The notes beneath the pieces are model-generated. The model did not search any database and was not told where the DNA came from. It was given only the letters and a program-made list of their open reading frames with translations. A stretch of DNA of 63,563 nt, filler included, from Octopus bimaculoides (Eukaryota): NCBI RefSeq assembly GCF_001194135.2. It is 4 parts of 4 records of this genome, joined end to end, with 100 filler letters (N's around TTAATTAATTAA, not from the genome) between each part and the next. Parts side by side here need not be neighbours in the genome. Positions count along the whole stretch, not along the records: positions 1 to 20,541 come from NC_069003.1; 3 more parts are not named here. One strand, 5' to 3'. Position numbers and translations under genes: made by a program. Below are positions 1 through 11,439 of this stretch, piece after piece; positions within the stretch are counted from its first letter, which is position 1; each line of letters opens with the position of its first letter.

Positions 1-174
1 GCAGGGGGTGTTGGCGATCCCTGTTGTACTCTTTCGCCAACTTTCTCTCACTCTTTCTTCCTGTTTCTTGAGTAACGGTGCGATGGACTGGCGTCCCGTC
101 CAGCTGGGGGGAACACATACGCCATAGAAACCGGGCCCATGAGCCTGGCTAGGCTTTGAAAGGGCAAGAAGAAG

Positions 175-175
<1 letters not shown>
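1..175 (+). mobile_element. SINE, 3' part (5' end outside window); body shared with SINE at 27781-28162 but different tail
   Basis: 1-70 (gcagggggtgttggcgatccctgttgtactctttcgccaactttctctcactctttcttcctgtttc) aligns with the reverse complement of 27969-28036, then diverges into cgatggactggcgtcccgtccag... ending in a gaagaaga tail. Confidence 0.7.
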
Positions 176-206
<31 letters not shown>

Positions 207-235
207 GTGGGCGTGTGTGTATATCTATACATATA

Positions 236-293
236 TTCTTTGATTCTTTTACTTGTTTCAGTTATTTGACTGAGGCATGCTAGAACACCACCT

Positions 294-296
<3 letters not shown>
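236..296 (-). mobile_element. SINE 3' tail fragment (CORE/OR2-like family tail)
   Basis: Reverse complement resembles the ...ggtgctccagcatggccgcagtcaaatgactgaaacaagtaaaagaat tail also seen at 17320-17375 and 45680-45730. Confidence 0.6.
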
Positions 297-324
<28 letters not shown>

Positions 325-334
325 NNNNNNNNNN

Positions 335-374
<40 letters not shown>

Positions 375-740
375 AGTGCTCGGCTAGAGGTGGTACTGCT
401 AAATCCCTGTTCGAAAATATATACAATAATGTTTCTATTTATTAGATCAGTGTTTGTGTCACTTTAAAAATTATATTTTCGAACAAGGATTTAATATACG
501 GTACTTCTATAGCTTGTATGTCATGTGCGTTTGTATTGTGCCAACATTTACGACCATTTGTGAACTTTTTGGTGACTCATTGTATATTTTATTTTATTTT
601 TATTTTATTTATTTATTAATTTCATTTTATTTTATTTTACTCATCAAGGTGGTATCTTCGAATAAGACATGCTTTATTTTTGTGCCGGTTCTAAACTGTT
701 CCTCTATTTAAACTAAATTTTGGGGAGCATAGTGTGATTG

Positions 741-784
741 GCGCCTGATGAACGTACGCATGGACGGGAAACTATTTGTAGCGC
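741..784 (+). ncRNA. Type I hammerhead ribozyme motif, PLE pseudo-LTR type
   Basis: gcgc-CTGATGA-a[cgt acgcatgg acg]g-GAAAC-tattt-GTA-gcgc. Stem I gcgc/gcgc, intact CUGAUGA and GAAA core, GUA cleavage triplet, 3-bp stem II with an A.G closing mismatch. Confidence 0.7.
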
Positions 785-960
785 GATAACTACATGTAGT
801 TGAAACGTTCAGTAATAAATATATATGCGTTTGTGTGTGTGTGTGTGTGTATAGATAGATAAATAGGTAAATGACAGATATAGATAAAGATATGCACACA
901 CATACGCATGTGTACATCTGACAGCAATATATCTCAATAATACCATAATAGCTGTAATAC

Positions 961-2640
961 ATTTTAAAGAACGTATGAATGGATACAGTTCCAAAAAGAA
1001 GTCTTACTAAGCATGACAGCTTTAAGGGATACAGCCAGATGTGTCTTTGAGTTGAAGTCGCTATACNNNNNNNNNNNNNNNNNNNNNNNNNNNNNNNNNN
1101 NNNNNNNNNNNNNNNNNNNNNNNNNNNNNNNNNNNNNNNNNNNNNNNNNNNNNNNNNNNNNNNNNNNNNNNNNNNNNNNNNNNNNNNNNNNNNNNNNNNN
1201 NNNNNNNNNNNNNNNNNNNNNNNNNNNNNNNNNNNNNNNNNNNNNNNNNNNNNNNNNNNNNNNNNNNNNNNNNNNNNNNNNNNNNNNNNNNNNNNNNNNN
1301 NNNNNNNNNNNNNNNNNNNNNNNNNNNNNNNNNNNNNNNNNNNNNNNNNNNNNNNNNNNNNNNNNNNNNNNNNNNNNNNNNNNNNNNNNNNNNNNNNNNN
1401 NNNNNNNNNNNNNNNNNNNNNNNNNNNNNNNNNNNNNNNNNNNNNNNNNNNNNNNNNNNNNNNNNNNNNNNNNNNNNNNNNNNNNNNNNNNNNNNNNNNN
1501 NNNNNNNNNNNNNNNNNNNNNNNNNNNNNNNNNNNNNNNNNNNNNNNNNNNNNNNNNNNNNNNNNNNNNNNNNNNNNNNNNNNNNNNNNNNNNNNNNNNN
1601 NNNNNNNNNNNNNNNNNNNNNNNNNNNNNNNNNNNNNNNNNNNNNNNNNNNNNNNNNNNNNNNNNNNNNNNNNNNNNNNNNNNNNNNNNNNNNNNNNNNN
1701 NNNNNNNNNNNNNNNNNNNNNNNNNNNNNNNNNNNNNNNNNNNNNNNNNNNNNNNNNNNNNNNNNNNNNNNNNNNNNNNNNNNNNNNNNNNNNNNNNNNN
1801 NNNNNNNNNNNNNNNNNNNNAAACACAGCAAAGGAACAAACGGAAAATTCAAACACAAGACAGGACCTTTCTTATTCCCCGTGAAGATTTTCATTTAAAA
1901 TCTTTATTAGTAGTTTTTGAAACTATTTTGAGTGGTTCAGAGATTCTGTATTCGATACTTCGAAAAGGTTCGCTTGATATTTCAATATATATTTGTGCAG
2001 TCGAGAATTACAAAAAAAAAAAAATGATTCATATCATGGACAAGTTTGAGAAATTTTTCTCCCAGGTTTTGTATGGTGTCTCTGAACCACCAAAGAAGCG
2101 AAGTCGACATGAAGAACCAGAAGCTTTAAGAACTTTATTTCACAATATTCTAGATGAAATTATTGCTCATGTTGAGCAACGATTTAAAACGAGGGAAGAC
2201 TTCAAACTTGTTGACTTGGTGAATCCGAAGTTATTCACACTTATGAAAATCGATTTCTAATGGAAGCATTTTCATCTCTGAATGTCTACAAAAATATATT
2301 GGAATTGGATGGACTGAAATGGGAGCTCAAATCAATTCATGCTGCAGATTTTGCAAAGCAAGCATCAATATCCAAGAAGTAGCAGATATAATACGGGAAC
2401 TTGAACTAAACCAAGCTCTGGCAGAAGTAACAAAATTACTACGTCTGATTCTGATCATACCGGCCACATTTGCATCCTGTGAGAGATCGTTTTCTTCTAT
2501 AAAGCGAGTAAATAATTATATGAGATGTTCTCAAAGTGAAGAGAGATTGAATAATTTGGTCGTCATTTTCAGGAATAAAGACCTCTTGAAGAAGATGAAG
2601 TCAGAGCTTGCTGCTGGTGCATTTTATCGAAAAAGGGACC
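961..2640 (+). pseudogene. hAT transposase remnant (ZMYM1-like/Blackjack type), interrupted by N-gap and frameshifts
   Basis: C-terminal hAT dimerisation motif LLRLILIIPATFASCERSFSSIKRVNNYMRCSQSEERLNNL (ORF 2319-2858) and upstream LFHNILDEIIAHVEQRF...LVNPKLF. The 961-1066 assignment as N-terminus is weaker. Confidence 0.8.
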
Positions 2641-2650
2641 GAAGAATTTT

Positions 2651-2700
2651 CAGTGTGGTAAGTAAATTGCTTACCAACCACATGGTCACGAGTCCAGTCC
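2651..2700 (+). mobile_element. SINE 5' head fragment (CORE/OR2-like)
   Basis: gtgtggtaagtaaattgcttaccaaccacatggt matches the heads at 46050-46081 (-) and 58520-58560 (+). Confidence 0.5.
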
Positions 2701-3059
2701 CAAAAATGTCCTTCTTCTTAGCTAGTCGCATACAAATGTGCTTCTTCCTCCCTTTTTTAAGGAAAATATATGGTAGTATTTTTAAGCATAATCGGACGTG
2801 CCAATTGCAGTCATGTGCAAATTACTTAGTATGTTGTAGAAAGAAAACGCAAGAATAAATTATGTGAAGCCAAAGGGAAATCCACAGTAACGGAGTTCAT
2901 ATCTAACCGTGACAGCAACACTTCAGAAACTGAAAATAAGCTCGTCCTACATCCATTACAGGAATTCCATGATTAGTGCGATTAATTAATTCTCGCGAAA
3001 CACCACATATACCAAAACCACACTTATTATTGCATTGATTCTTAGAACCAATGCAATAT

Positions 3060-4330
3060 TTATAATGAACCCTGGAAAATACGAAAATTATAAACTTTTT
3101 TTTCACTCAAAGCACATCTATAATGCATTTGTATTTTCTTTAAAACATTGAAGAATATATTTAAAAAAATATAGTAAGATTTAAACTTTATTTTTTAATA
3201 AAAAAATTATCTAACTTCAAGTAAACAGTGGTAGCTTTTTTCCTTTCGTCCATGATTTTGCTATAACAATCAATCTATTTATCTAGTCTTCGACGATCGT
3301 TCATGCATTTCTTTTCATTTGAATCAATCACTTGAACGAGTTATTTTGCTTTTTAAATTGTTTGTAACAATTCTTCAAGTTTTTTTACTGAAATATCTTT
3401 GGGTGTGTTTTCCAATTCTTCTGCTTCCTTTTCATCTTCTCCTTCGTATGCCTTTTGATGCTTAATTCCAAGAAGACTGTCGTTACTTAGTTTTTATGTT
3501 GTCTTTTTGAAGCGATTCCGATAATCCTCAAACATTTTCCAAATCTAAATCCTTAATTCCTCAAAGCAGAGGTCTCTTCCAATTGTAGCAATTTCATCAA
3601 TAACTTTGTTGTTGGGATTATTGAAACCGAAAAAATCGTTAGTGCATTCAGGCAAAAGAATCTGCCAAATTGCTCTCATGCAGCTGTCTGTTACTTCCAA
3701 AACTTGTGAATGTTTTCAACTGCTTGTTTAAAATCAATTTTTTCCCCAAAATTCTTCATGAGTAATTGAATTATCTCCAGTTATAACTTGAATTACCTGG
3801 GCGAAAGTTCTTCACAGATAATATACTTTGAATGCAGAAATCACTCATTGGTCGATCGGCTGTAGTAAACAAGTCGTATTTGGTGGTAGAAATATAACAT
3901 TCACATTTATGTAAATCATTAAGAGAGGTGAGATTCCCAGGGGCATTATCTAAAATTTTAAAGAACTTTGAAATCTAAACCATTATTAATTTGTTTGCAA
4001 TATGTTTCAAATGTGGAGCAAAAATGCATATTGAACCATTCTTCAAACAACAGCTTTGTCACCCAAATCATTTTATTCGGTTTCCAAATTCCTCAAGGGA
4101 TTGCTTGTTACTGCCTTTTAATGCTATTGGGTTCATTGTACGATAAATTAACACCGGTTTTAATTGCATTCAACTTTGGTATCATCTCCGAGTAGAAGTG
4201 TTAATCTAACCTTGTGTCGTCGCCTCTTTTCTTGCCAGAAAAATTCTTGACATTTTTTCCAGAATGGTCAGTTTCGTCGACATTGAAGATTCGACGATAA
4301 TCCTACCAATTTTCTTCAATTATATCTGTG
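3060..4330 (-). pseudogene. Tigger/pogo (CENP-B-like DDE_1) transposase pseudogene
   Basis: Minus-strand motifs IFNVDET (~4270-4290), ILDNAPG (~3935-3958), VIFLPPNTTCLLQPIDQ (~3850-3900) and EVTDSCMRAIWQILLP (~3655-3705), with many stops and frameshifts. Confidence 0.9.
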
Positions 4331-4771
4331 CTCTGATAAACGTTGTTTCTCACTTATGGCCAACCATACTTAAACAATAAAATATAACAAATAAAATTCT
4401 TTTTAAAAAGCGCCCATTGTTTTTTGTATTTAAAAAAATCAATCAAAATTTACTTTAAATTGTATATTTTATTTTTTATGATAGTGAAATATTACTGCTT
4501 CCTTGATATTATAAAAAAATCAAGGAAGCAGTAAAAAACCCACAAAATTCGTGGACTGCTGTTTTATCTTAGAAAAAAGTTATAATTATAAAATGAAAAA
4601 AAAAATTAGAATGATGCTTTTTTAATCAGTTTTGCCTTGTTAGACTCCACTGAAAAAAAAAATATCGTTTTGTTTCCCTATAAAATGTTCTTTAAAAATA
4701 GGCAGGCGTTAATATTGCTACGATATTCCTTTTCAATGCAGCCACAAGGAATGAAATTTTTTCGGAGTGTG

Positions 4772-4900
4772 TCTAGTCGATTATATCGACTCCAGTGCTT
4801 GACTGGTACTTAATTTATCGACACCGGACGGATGAACGTAAAAATCGATCCCGGCGGAATTTGAACTCGGAGCGTAAGAGCGGGTGAAATATTGCAAAGC
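4772..4900 (-). mobile_element. tRNA-derived SINE (OK-like family), nested in the Tigger element
   Basis: Reverse complement gives gagttcaaattccgccgggatcgat...gtcgataaattaagtaccag...ctggagtcgatataatcgac, the family body. It runs into the N-gap. Confidence 0.75.
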
Positions 4901-5769
4901 NNNNNNNNNNNNNNNNNNNNNNNNNNNNNNNNNNNNNNNNNNNNNNNNNNNNNNNNNNNNNNNNNNNNNNNNNNNNNNNNNNNNNNNNNNNNNNNNNNNN
5001 NNNNNNNNNNNNNNNNNNNNNNNNNNNNNNNNNNNNNNNNNNNNNNNNNNNNNNNNNNNNNNNNNNNNNNNNNNNNNNNNNNNNNNNNNNNNNNNNNNNN
5101 NNNNNNNNNNNNNNNNNNNNNNNNNNNNNNNNNNNNNNNNNNNNNNNNNNNNNNNNNNNNNNNNNNNNNNNNNNNNNNNNNNNNNNNNNNNNNNNNNNNN
5201 NNNNNNNNNNNNNNNNNNNNNNNNNNNNNNNNNNNNNNNNNNNNNNNNNNNNNNNNNNNNNNNNNNNNNNNNNNNNNNNNNNNNNNNNNNNNNNNNNNNN
5301 NNNNNNNNNNNNNNNNNNNNNNNNNNNNNNNNNNNNNNNNNNNNNNNNNAAATTGAAACGACCAAATCAAACTTGACACAGCTTCAATTAAGGAGCACTC
5401 TCAAAAATTTTTTGTGCACTAATCACGGGATTCCTGTATATATTTTGGAAATGTTATGTACGTTTCTCGTGTCTTACTAACTACTTCAAAACGGTGCATC
5501 GTAGTAAGGAAACTATTTTCATTTTCAGAGACTGCATATCTCAAAGCATACAACACTACACTTTTCACGGAGAACGGAGGAGGGTAGAAACTCACGGAAA
5601 TCCTCCCCACTAATATCAACGTGTGTGAGAGGGACTGCGTGCCCTAGTTTCTTAGTGACTCATCGCCACCGATATATATATATATATATATAAAATCTGA
5701 ATTGAAGGAATGGAGCTGGTAAAATCGAAGCGATATATATCTTCTAGCTAGCAGAACCTCGAAAGTAAT

Positions 5770-7010
5770 AATTACTCAACAAGGAGTACTCCACTAGCTT
5801 CTCATCTCTACTTGGTGTCAAACCGTATAACGCTAACAACAAATGCGATCTCTGCATCGTAGAAGTCTTATCTATTATGCAATGCAACGATTGCCTAAAT
5901 GAACGAAGCTACCTAATTCTTAATTGTAAACACTGGTTATGTAACACATTTTCAAGGTACAAATAACAGCGCCCTCCCCAATTACTCCCTGACTATTCCT
6001 CCCCCTCCATTTGAAGCTATTCAATGTATTTATAATAAACAACTGTTTTAGCTACCTTTATATTCTATTAACTTCGTAATCTCGCTGCCTCTTCCTCTCT
6101 GCACATGAGAGTATGCAGGCACGTACACGCATGCGCATACCTCTAGGATACTACAGGCGCACAGAGAGAATACGCTCGTGTGCGCGGATTTGCGAATATG
6201 TAATTTTCTCTTAAGAAATAAACCACCAATTTACGTCACCTACTGTTCCCCTAATGACTAGTAACTTTATTTCCCCATCTCCCTCTCTTTCTTCCTCTCT
6301 TCTTCTAACAAATCCACCTTCATCCCCACTCCTAAATATTCTCTTCTTTTCTTCCTCATTCTTGACAATTCTACTTCAAAAATTCTTTTTTCTTTTCTTT
6401 GATTCAGTTTAAATGCTTATACTTGCGACGCGACTATATATATATTTATTTACTGTTGACATAGGTAAATTAACCCACTTAAAATATGCCCCACACGACC
6501 TTCCTCCTCCCCCTCTCCTTTTCTGTATTCTTATCAAATTTAGAAACTTGTTATTTTTTCATACGTATGTTTTTCTATTTTCTATTTAATTTCCGTACTT
6601 CGGGCATCACCACTCATTTTACATTACATCTCCCGCGAGTTAACTTGGGATCCCTTGACGACAACGTAACCTTCATTTAACTAAGGTATCTTTGGTCTGA
6701 TGAGTAGCTAGTGGAACAACCTTCGTTGAGTAATCACTACCTTCGAGATTCTGCTGTCTGGCAAACATATGTAGCCTAGATTTTACCAGCTCCATTCCAT
6801 GAATTTGGATGGTCATTCGCATTCATGTTAAACCTAGACGTGAACCGTGAATTATAAAAATAACCAACTTTTTTCAGCTTATCGAACTCCGATATGGGAA
6901 AAACCTAAAACCTTCTATACCAATTATCGTTCCCGAAAGTTGTATTTTATTCCTACCACGGACTGCTCAAAGCTTACAAACTCCCTACACCTAGAAACTT
7001 GAATCTTGAA
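5770..7010 (+). mobile_element. Penelope-like element 3' end: GIY-YIG C-terminus plus pseudo-LTR
   Basis: STPLASHL...KPYNANNKCDLCIVEVLSI...LNERSYLILNCKH...SRYK* (stop 5964-5966) matches the typical PLE endonuclease tail (CxLC...LNxRSE...CRH). It is followed by a CT-rich UTR and an HHR motif. Confidence 0.7.
6690..6780 (+). ncRNA. Decayed hammerhead ribozyme with long loop II
   Basis: tttggt-CTGATGA-gtagc-[~55 nt]-(g)cAAAC-atat-GTA-gcctaga. The G of GAAA is lost or mutated. Homologous to 56820-56911. Confidence 0.55.
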
Positions 7011-7482
7011 ATTACATATCATATATATANNNNNNNNNNNNNNNNNNNNNNNNNNNNNNNNNNNNNNNNNNNNNNNNNNNNNNNNNNNNNNNNNNNNNNN
7101 NNNNNNNNNNNNNNNNNNNNNNNNNNNNNNNNNNNNNNNNNNNNNNNNNNNNNNNNNNNNNNNNNNNNNNNNNNNNNNNNNNNNNNNNNNNNNNNNNNNN
7201 NNNNNNNNNNNNNNNNNNNNNNNNNNNNNNNNNNNNNNNNNNNNNNNNNNNNNNNNNNNNNNNNNNNNNNNNNNNNNNNNNNNNNNNNNNNNNNNNNNNN
7301 NNNNNNNNNNNNNNNNNNNNNNNNNNNNNNNNNNNNNNNNNNNNNNNNNNNNNNNNNNNNNNNNNNNNNNNNNNNNNNNNNNNNNNNNNNNNNNNNNNNN
7401 NNNNNNNNNNNNNNNNNNNNNNNNNNNNNNNNNNNNNNNNNNNNNNNNNNNNATAATCTGTTTTTTAACTCATATATACTTA

Positions 7483-8340
7483 CATGAGGGAGTACCCAAA
7501 AGTAACCGGAAACGTTCTCTGCGGGACAATCCCGTTGTAGTTCATTCCTCTGCCACTAAAGGCCACTTGATGTGACTCTGAGGCATCACTCTGCCGATCG
7601 ACGTTGTCCACTGGGGTCATACTACGACGTGGTGCGTCTTCGTTTTGCAGTGCTTCTCACCTGTTCGTCGATTTTGCGATGGCTGAAACGAAGGAACAGC
7701 GTGCTTCTGTGAAATTCTGTTTTCTGCTGGTGAAAACGGCTTCCGAAACAATTGTCATGCTTCAAACAGCTTACAGGGACGCTGCCATGAGCAAAACACA
7801 AGTTTACAAGTTGTTTTCACGCTTTAGGAATGGTCACTTGTCGCTTGGTGAGCAACCTCGTCCAACCTCGTCATGAGCTGATCTTGGAGGACCGTCACCG
7901 AACAACTGGCGAACTAGATATGACTGGTGTGTCCTGGAGCTCCTGCCTACGAATTTTGAGCGAGGAATTGTGAATGAAAAGGGTTGCAGCAAAATTTGTG
8001 CCACGTTTGCTCACGGAAGATCGAAAGCAGTCGCTGGTGACTGCGTGTCGTGAACAGAAAGAACAGTTAAAAGCTGATCCGGACCTTTTTTCGAAGGTCA
8101 TCACTGGTGACGAAAGGTGGAATTTGCAGATGTAGAAGGAGTGAAGAAAAAAGACGACGGAGGCGTTAAAATGCATCACTTCGCAAGGATTCCAGCACCG
8201 ATTCGAAGAGTTGAAAACGTGCCTGGATTGATGCACTACTTCAAATGGAGAATACTACGAAGGCGATAAAATGTGAACATGTTAACCTAAGTGAATAAAA
8301 TAATATTGCAAAATTCCGGTTTCTTTTGGGTCCCCATTCG
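7483..8340 (+). mobile_element. Internally deleted mariner element with TIRs
   Basis: ~28-bp imperfect TIRs (gagggagtacccaaaagtaaccggaa / reverse complement cgaatggggacccaaaagaaaccggaa) flanked by TA. N-terminal EQRASVKFCFLLVKTASETIVMLQTAY (ATG 7679), VAAKFVPRLLT, VITGDE, then a jump to C-terminal GEYYEGDKM* (8276). Confidence 0.9.
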
Positions 8341-8409
8341 TATATATATATCACCTGGTAATTATTTAAAAATGAAGGAATATTGATTAAACTATGAATA
8401 ACAACTATC

Positions 8410-8432
8410 GCACACGCGCGCACGCGCGCACG

Positions 8433-8512
<80 letters not shown>

Positions 8513-8721
8513 CTCTCTCTCTCTCTCTCACACACACGCATATACACATACACTACACATGCTCACGCACATGCATACACACAAATTCACAGTCGTTGAA
8601 GAATTCCATACCAATTAAAACGCCTCCTTCGAGATAGAAATCAGAAACAAGTAAACCAACAAACAAAAAGAGAAACGCGTGACTTGGTTATATACACACA
8701 CACATATACATGCTATATGTT

Positions 8722-8765
<44 letters not shown>

Positions 8766-8850
8766 CGTGTGTGTGTGTGTGTGCATGTGTGTGTGTGTGT
8801 GTATGTGTGTGCATGTGTGTGTGTGTGTGTGTGTGTGTCTGTGTAGATAT
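8410..8850. repeat. Compound microsatellites (CA)n/(CT)n/(TA)n/(TG)n
   Basis: Directly visible dinucleotide arrays. Representative of dozens of such arrays across the window, most of them abutting N-gaps. Confidence 0.95.
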
Positions 8851-8854
8851 ATAT

Positions 8855-10745
8855 CAGTGGTGGGCGCAGTCAACTAAAATGTTAGTTTCGCTAACGCTAA
8901 CCACTAATCTGCTAACAAAAATGTTAGCTTCGTAAACGCAAATCCGCTAAAAAAAAAAGGTTTAAAAATTGCGAAAGCTAACGCTAAATGATGACCGCTA
9001 ACTTTTATCATATGAATTTAGTTTCGATTGGGTTTTTGGGCTCTAAACCTCTTAAAAACAGACCGAGAGAACCGAAATTTGTTGCTTAGACATATAGCTT
9101 TCCAAAAAGGTATAGCATGCTAAAATCAGATGATCAAGATGTAAGCAAATAATTAAATGAACAATTGAAATTAAACATTAGTTTTTCAGTCAACATACAC
9201 TTTATTTATTGTACAAAAAGTATTAAACGAATCAAAATGGTATAGTATAGCATAGGTATCATGCCAAGATCGGATGATGATCAAGGTGTACTAATCTGGC
9301 TGGGCGTTCCCCATCGCCTCGATGCGATGCTAATTGCCCTCCATAAACATCAGCCTCTCAGAGTCACCCTCTGACCCTCAAAATATCTTGGCCCTCAAAA
9401 TATCTTTACCTATAGAGAATAGGCGTTCAACTGCAGCACTGGATGTGATGGCAGTGTTATACCTGTGAACGTGTCGATCAAGACCTACTCACCCAAAAAG
9501 GCAACTTCAGTCAGGTCCTCCTTCGAGACGGCCTCCAGCCAGGTGCTCACCAAGTTCTGCGCCTTGGACCCCAGGGACCTGTGGATCCCGCTCTCCCGGG
9601 ACCGAGTGATGTTGCTGAAGAAGTAATTTTCCTCGTCCTCATTGTTGGTGGTGCAGCTTCCATCCTCATTGGTCTCCATTAGGACTGTCTCTATGACGGT
9701 CTCCATGGCGTTCGTTACTCTTCTAGCCTGGCTGTTATTATACTGCTCCAACAAGAACAGGCAAAATTTGGGGTGGAAAGCAGGGGCCAGCTGGCATTCC
9801 AGGTCTTCTAGGAGGAGCCTAAACCTTTATATGATGCCTGCCAGTATCGCATCTATCAGAGGACTGCAGTACAGGAAATGTTTGAACTTGGTCATCTTCA
9901 ACTTCATGACCCAAGATAGGCCTAGTCCTCCCACTGGATTTTATCCAAAGCCTTGACAACATTAGACATCACCTGGGTGTACTCCGTCAGGAAGCCGACA
10001 TCAGAATCAGTGAAGGTCTGCAGCTTCAGCTGTGTCATCACCCTGGGGACAGCTCCCCTTTTCTTCTCCAGCAGGTTGCTGAGGATAACAACAGAGTCAT
10101 AGGTAGAGTTCCATCTGGTGCTGTTGGGGACCACCAGCCTCCTCTTCAACGCGTCCAGAATGTTGTCTGCTGCCACTGTACTGCGCCTTGGACATGGCCT
10201 TCCTGGAAGTCGACTTGAACGAAGCGCTGCCAAGAGCTTTGTCGGCATCCACACAGGCTACCAAGTTGAAGGTAAGGGCTGCACACTTCGTGTGCACTGG
10301 CAGATTGAGGCCCAGGCCGCTGGACTCATCAAGGATGGCATCAACAGAGGTACTCAACTTCGTCCACATCCTTAGCCTCGGGATCCATGTCCAGGTCCAC
10401 ATCCTCGACGCCCTCCATATCCGGATCGGCAGCAGCCTCAGGAATGTCTGGCAAGAGTTCAACTTCTGTACCAAACTGCATAAATACCTTGACAAAGTTT
10501 TTACCGTTGTCTGTCGTGGTCCTGGTTACCTTGTCTTGCAGATGGAATTTGTAATGAGTGTCCACCATGACCTGGGCGAGAACATTAAAGGTGTGATGTC
10601 CTCTGAGACGAGAGCAGGCTAAGACGGCGTGTTGTTTCGTGCGGGTCTTGGAATTTAGCCAGTGTGCCGTCATCCCCAGGTAGGACCTGTTGTGGGCCAA
10701 CCAGCAGTCTGCGGTGATCGTCATCCAGGGGACATCCTTGAACAA
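8855..10745 (-). mobile_element. hAT (Ac/ZBED-like) transposon, 3' terminus present, 5' part truncated
   Basis: Terminus cagtggtgggc at 8855 followed by multiple gctaac/gctaa subterminal repeats. Transposase remnant at 9330-10745. Confidence 0.85.
9330..10745 (-). pseudogene. hAT transposase pseudogene (frameshifted)
   Basis: ITADCW...YLGMTAHW, TTTDNGKNFVK, CAALTFNLV, PNSTRWNSTY and SSAAVERLFS motifs in successive minus-strand frames (ORFs 10341-10745, 10097-10495, 9922-10254, 9485-9754). Confidence 0.9.
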
Positions 10746-10759
10746 TCTGTTATTAGAAA

Positions 10760-11428
10760 ATGTTAAACTATAAAGAGATATAAGTTATAAATAAGAGAGT
10801 ATTGTAGTTCGCTTGAAACATCGTGTATTGTTTGTAAAGAATAAAAAATAAAAAGTTTTGAATGGTATAACAATGCACTATAATACAAAAAATGGACTAT
10901 ATACCTGTTATAATTTAGTTATCTATAGTCCGATGATATTTCGGAATACAATTCCTTCTTCAGATCTTCTGCTATCAACTGTTTACTAACGGCTTTTCTT
11001 TTTTCCGGAAGTGTCTCAGTAGTGGTCTCACGAAGCTCCTTCCCGAATTCTTCATGAGAAGTGCGTGAGGTCGGCTATGTTTCAATCTCGTGTGTGTTGG
11101 TACATCTGTAGCGCTGCTTATAAGTTATGTGTTATACGTGCAGCTTCTCCTTTTTTTGTTATACACAATATATGAGCATGTTATTAAGAATGAGCCTACA
11201 CACGTCCAGATGTAGCTAAATAATATATTGATTACCAATCTCCAGCCTGTTGTTAATTTGGGGTCTTAGTCTGTGTATGAGTAAAGCTTCCTTAATTCTT
11301 AAATTAACCAAATTTCTTTCATTGTCCTCAATTGTGACTGTTATGCTTTTGTCAGTGTTCCGGCATCTGTCTAGATGTTTTCTGAAGGAGGAGGCTCTCG
11401 TGTTTAGATGTTCTTTGATGCGGACTGT
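10760..11428 (-). mobile_element. Penelope-like element B: GIY-YIG C-terminal remnant plus 3' UTR
   Basis: RIKEHLNTRASSFRKHLDRC...RIKEALLIHRLRPQINNR (ORF 11216-11446) is a typical PLE endonuclease C-terminus. An HHR core lies in the downstream UTR. Confidence 0.75.
10932..10963 (-). ncRNA. Hammerhead ribozyme core (stem I not evident)
   Basis: Minus strand reads CTGAAGA-a-ggaat tgt attcc-GAAA-tatc-ATC, with a 5-bp stem II. The flanks do not pair as stem I. Confidence 0.5.
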
Positions 11429-11439
11429 ATCCATTAACA

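Larger units (their letters stand above)
2959..5436 (-). mobile_element. Tigger/pogo DNA transposon with both TIRs and TA target duplication
   Basis: Left TA|caggaattccatgattagtgc and right (reverse complement) TA|caggaatcccgtgattagtgc: 21-bp TIRs with 19/21 identity. Decayed transposase inside. Confidence 0.9.
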
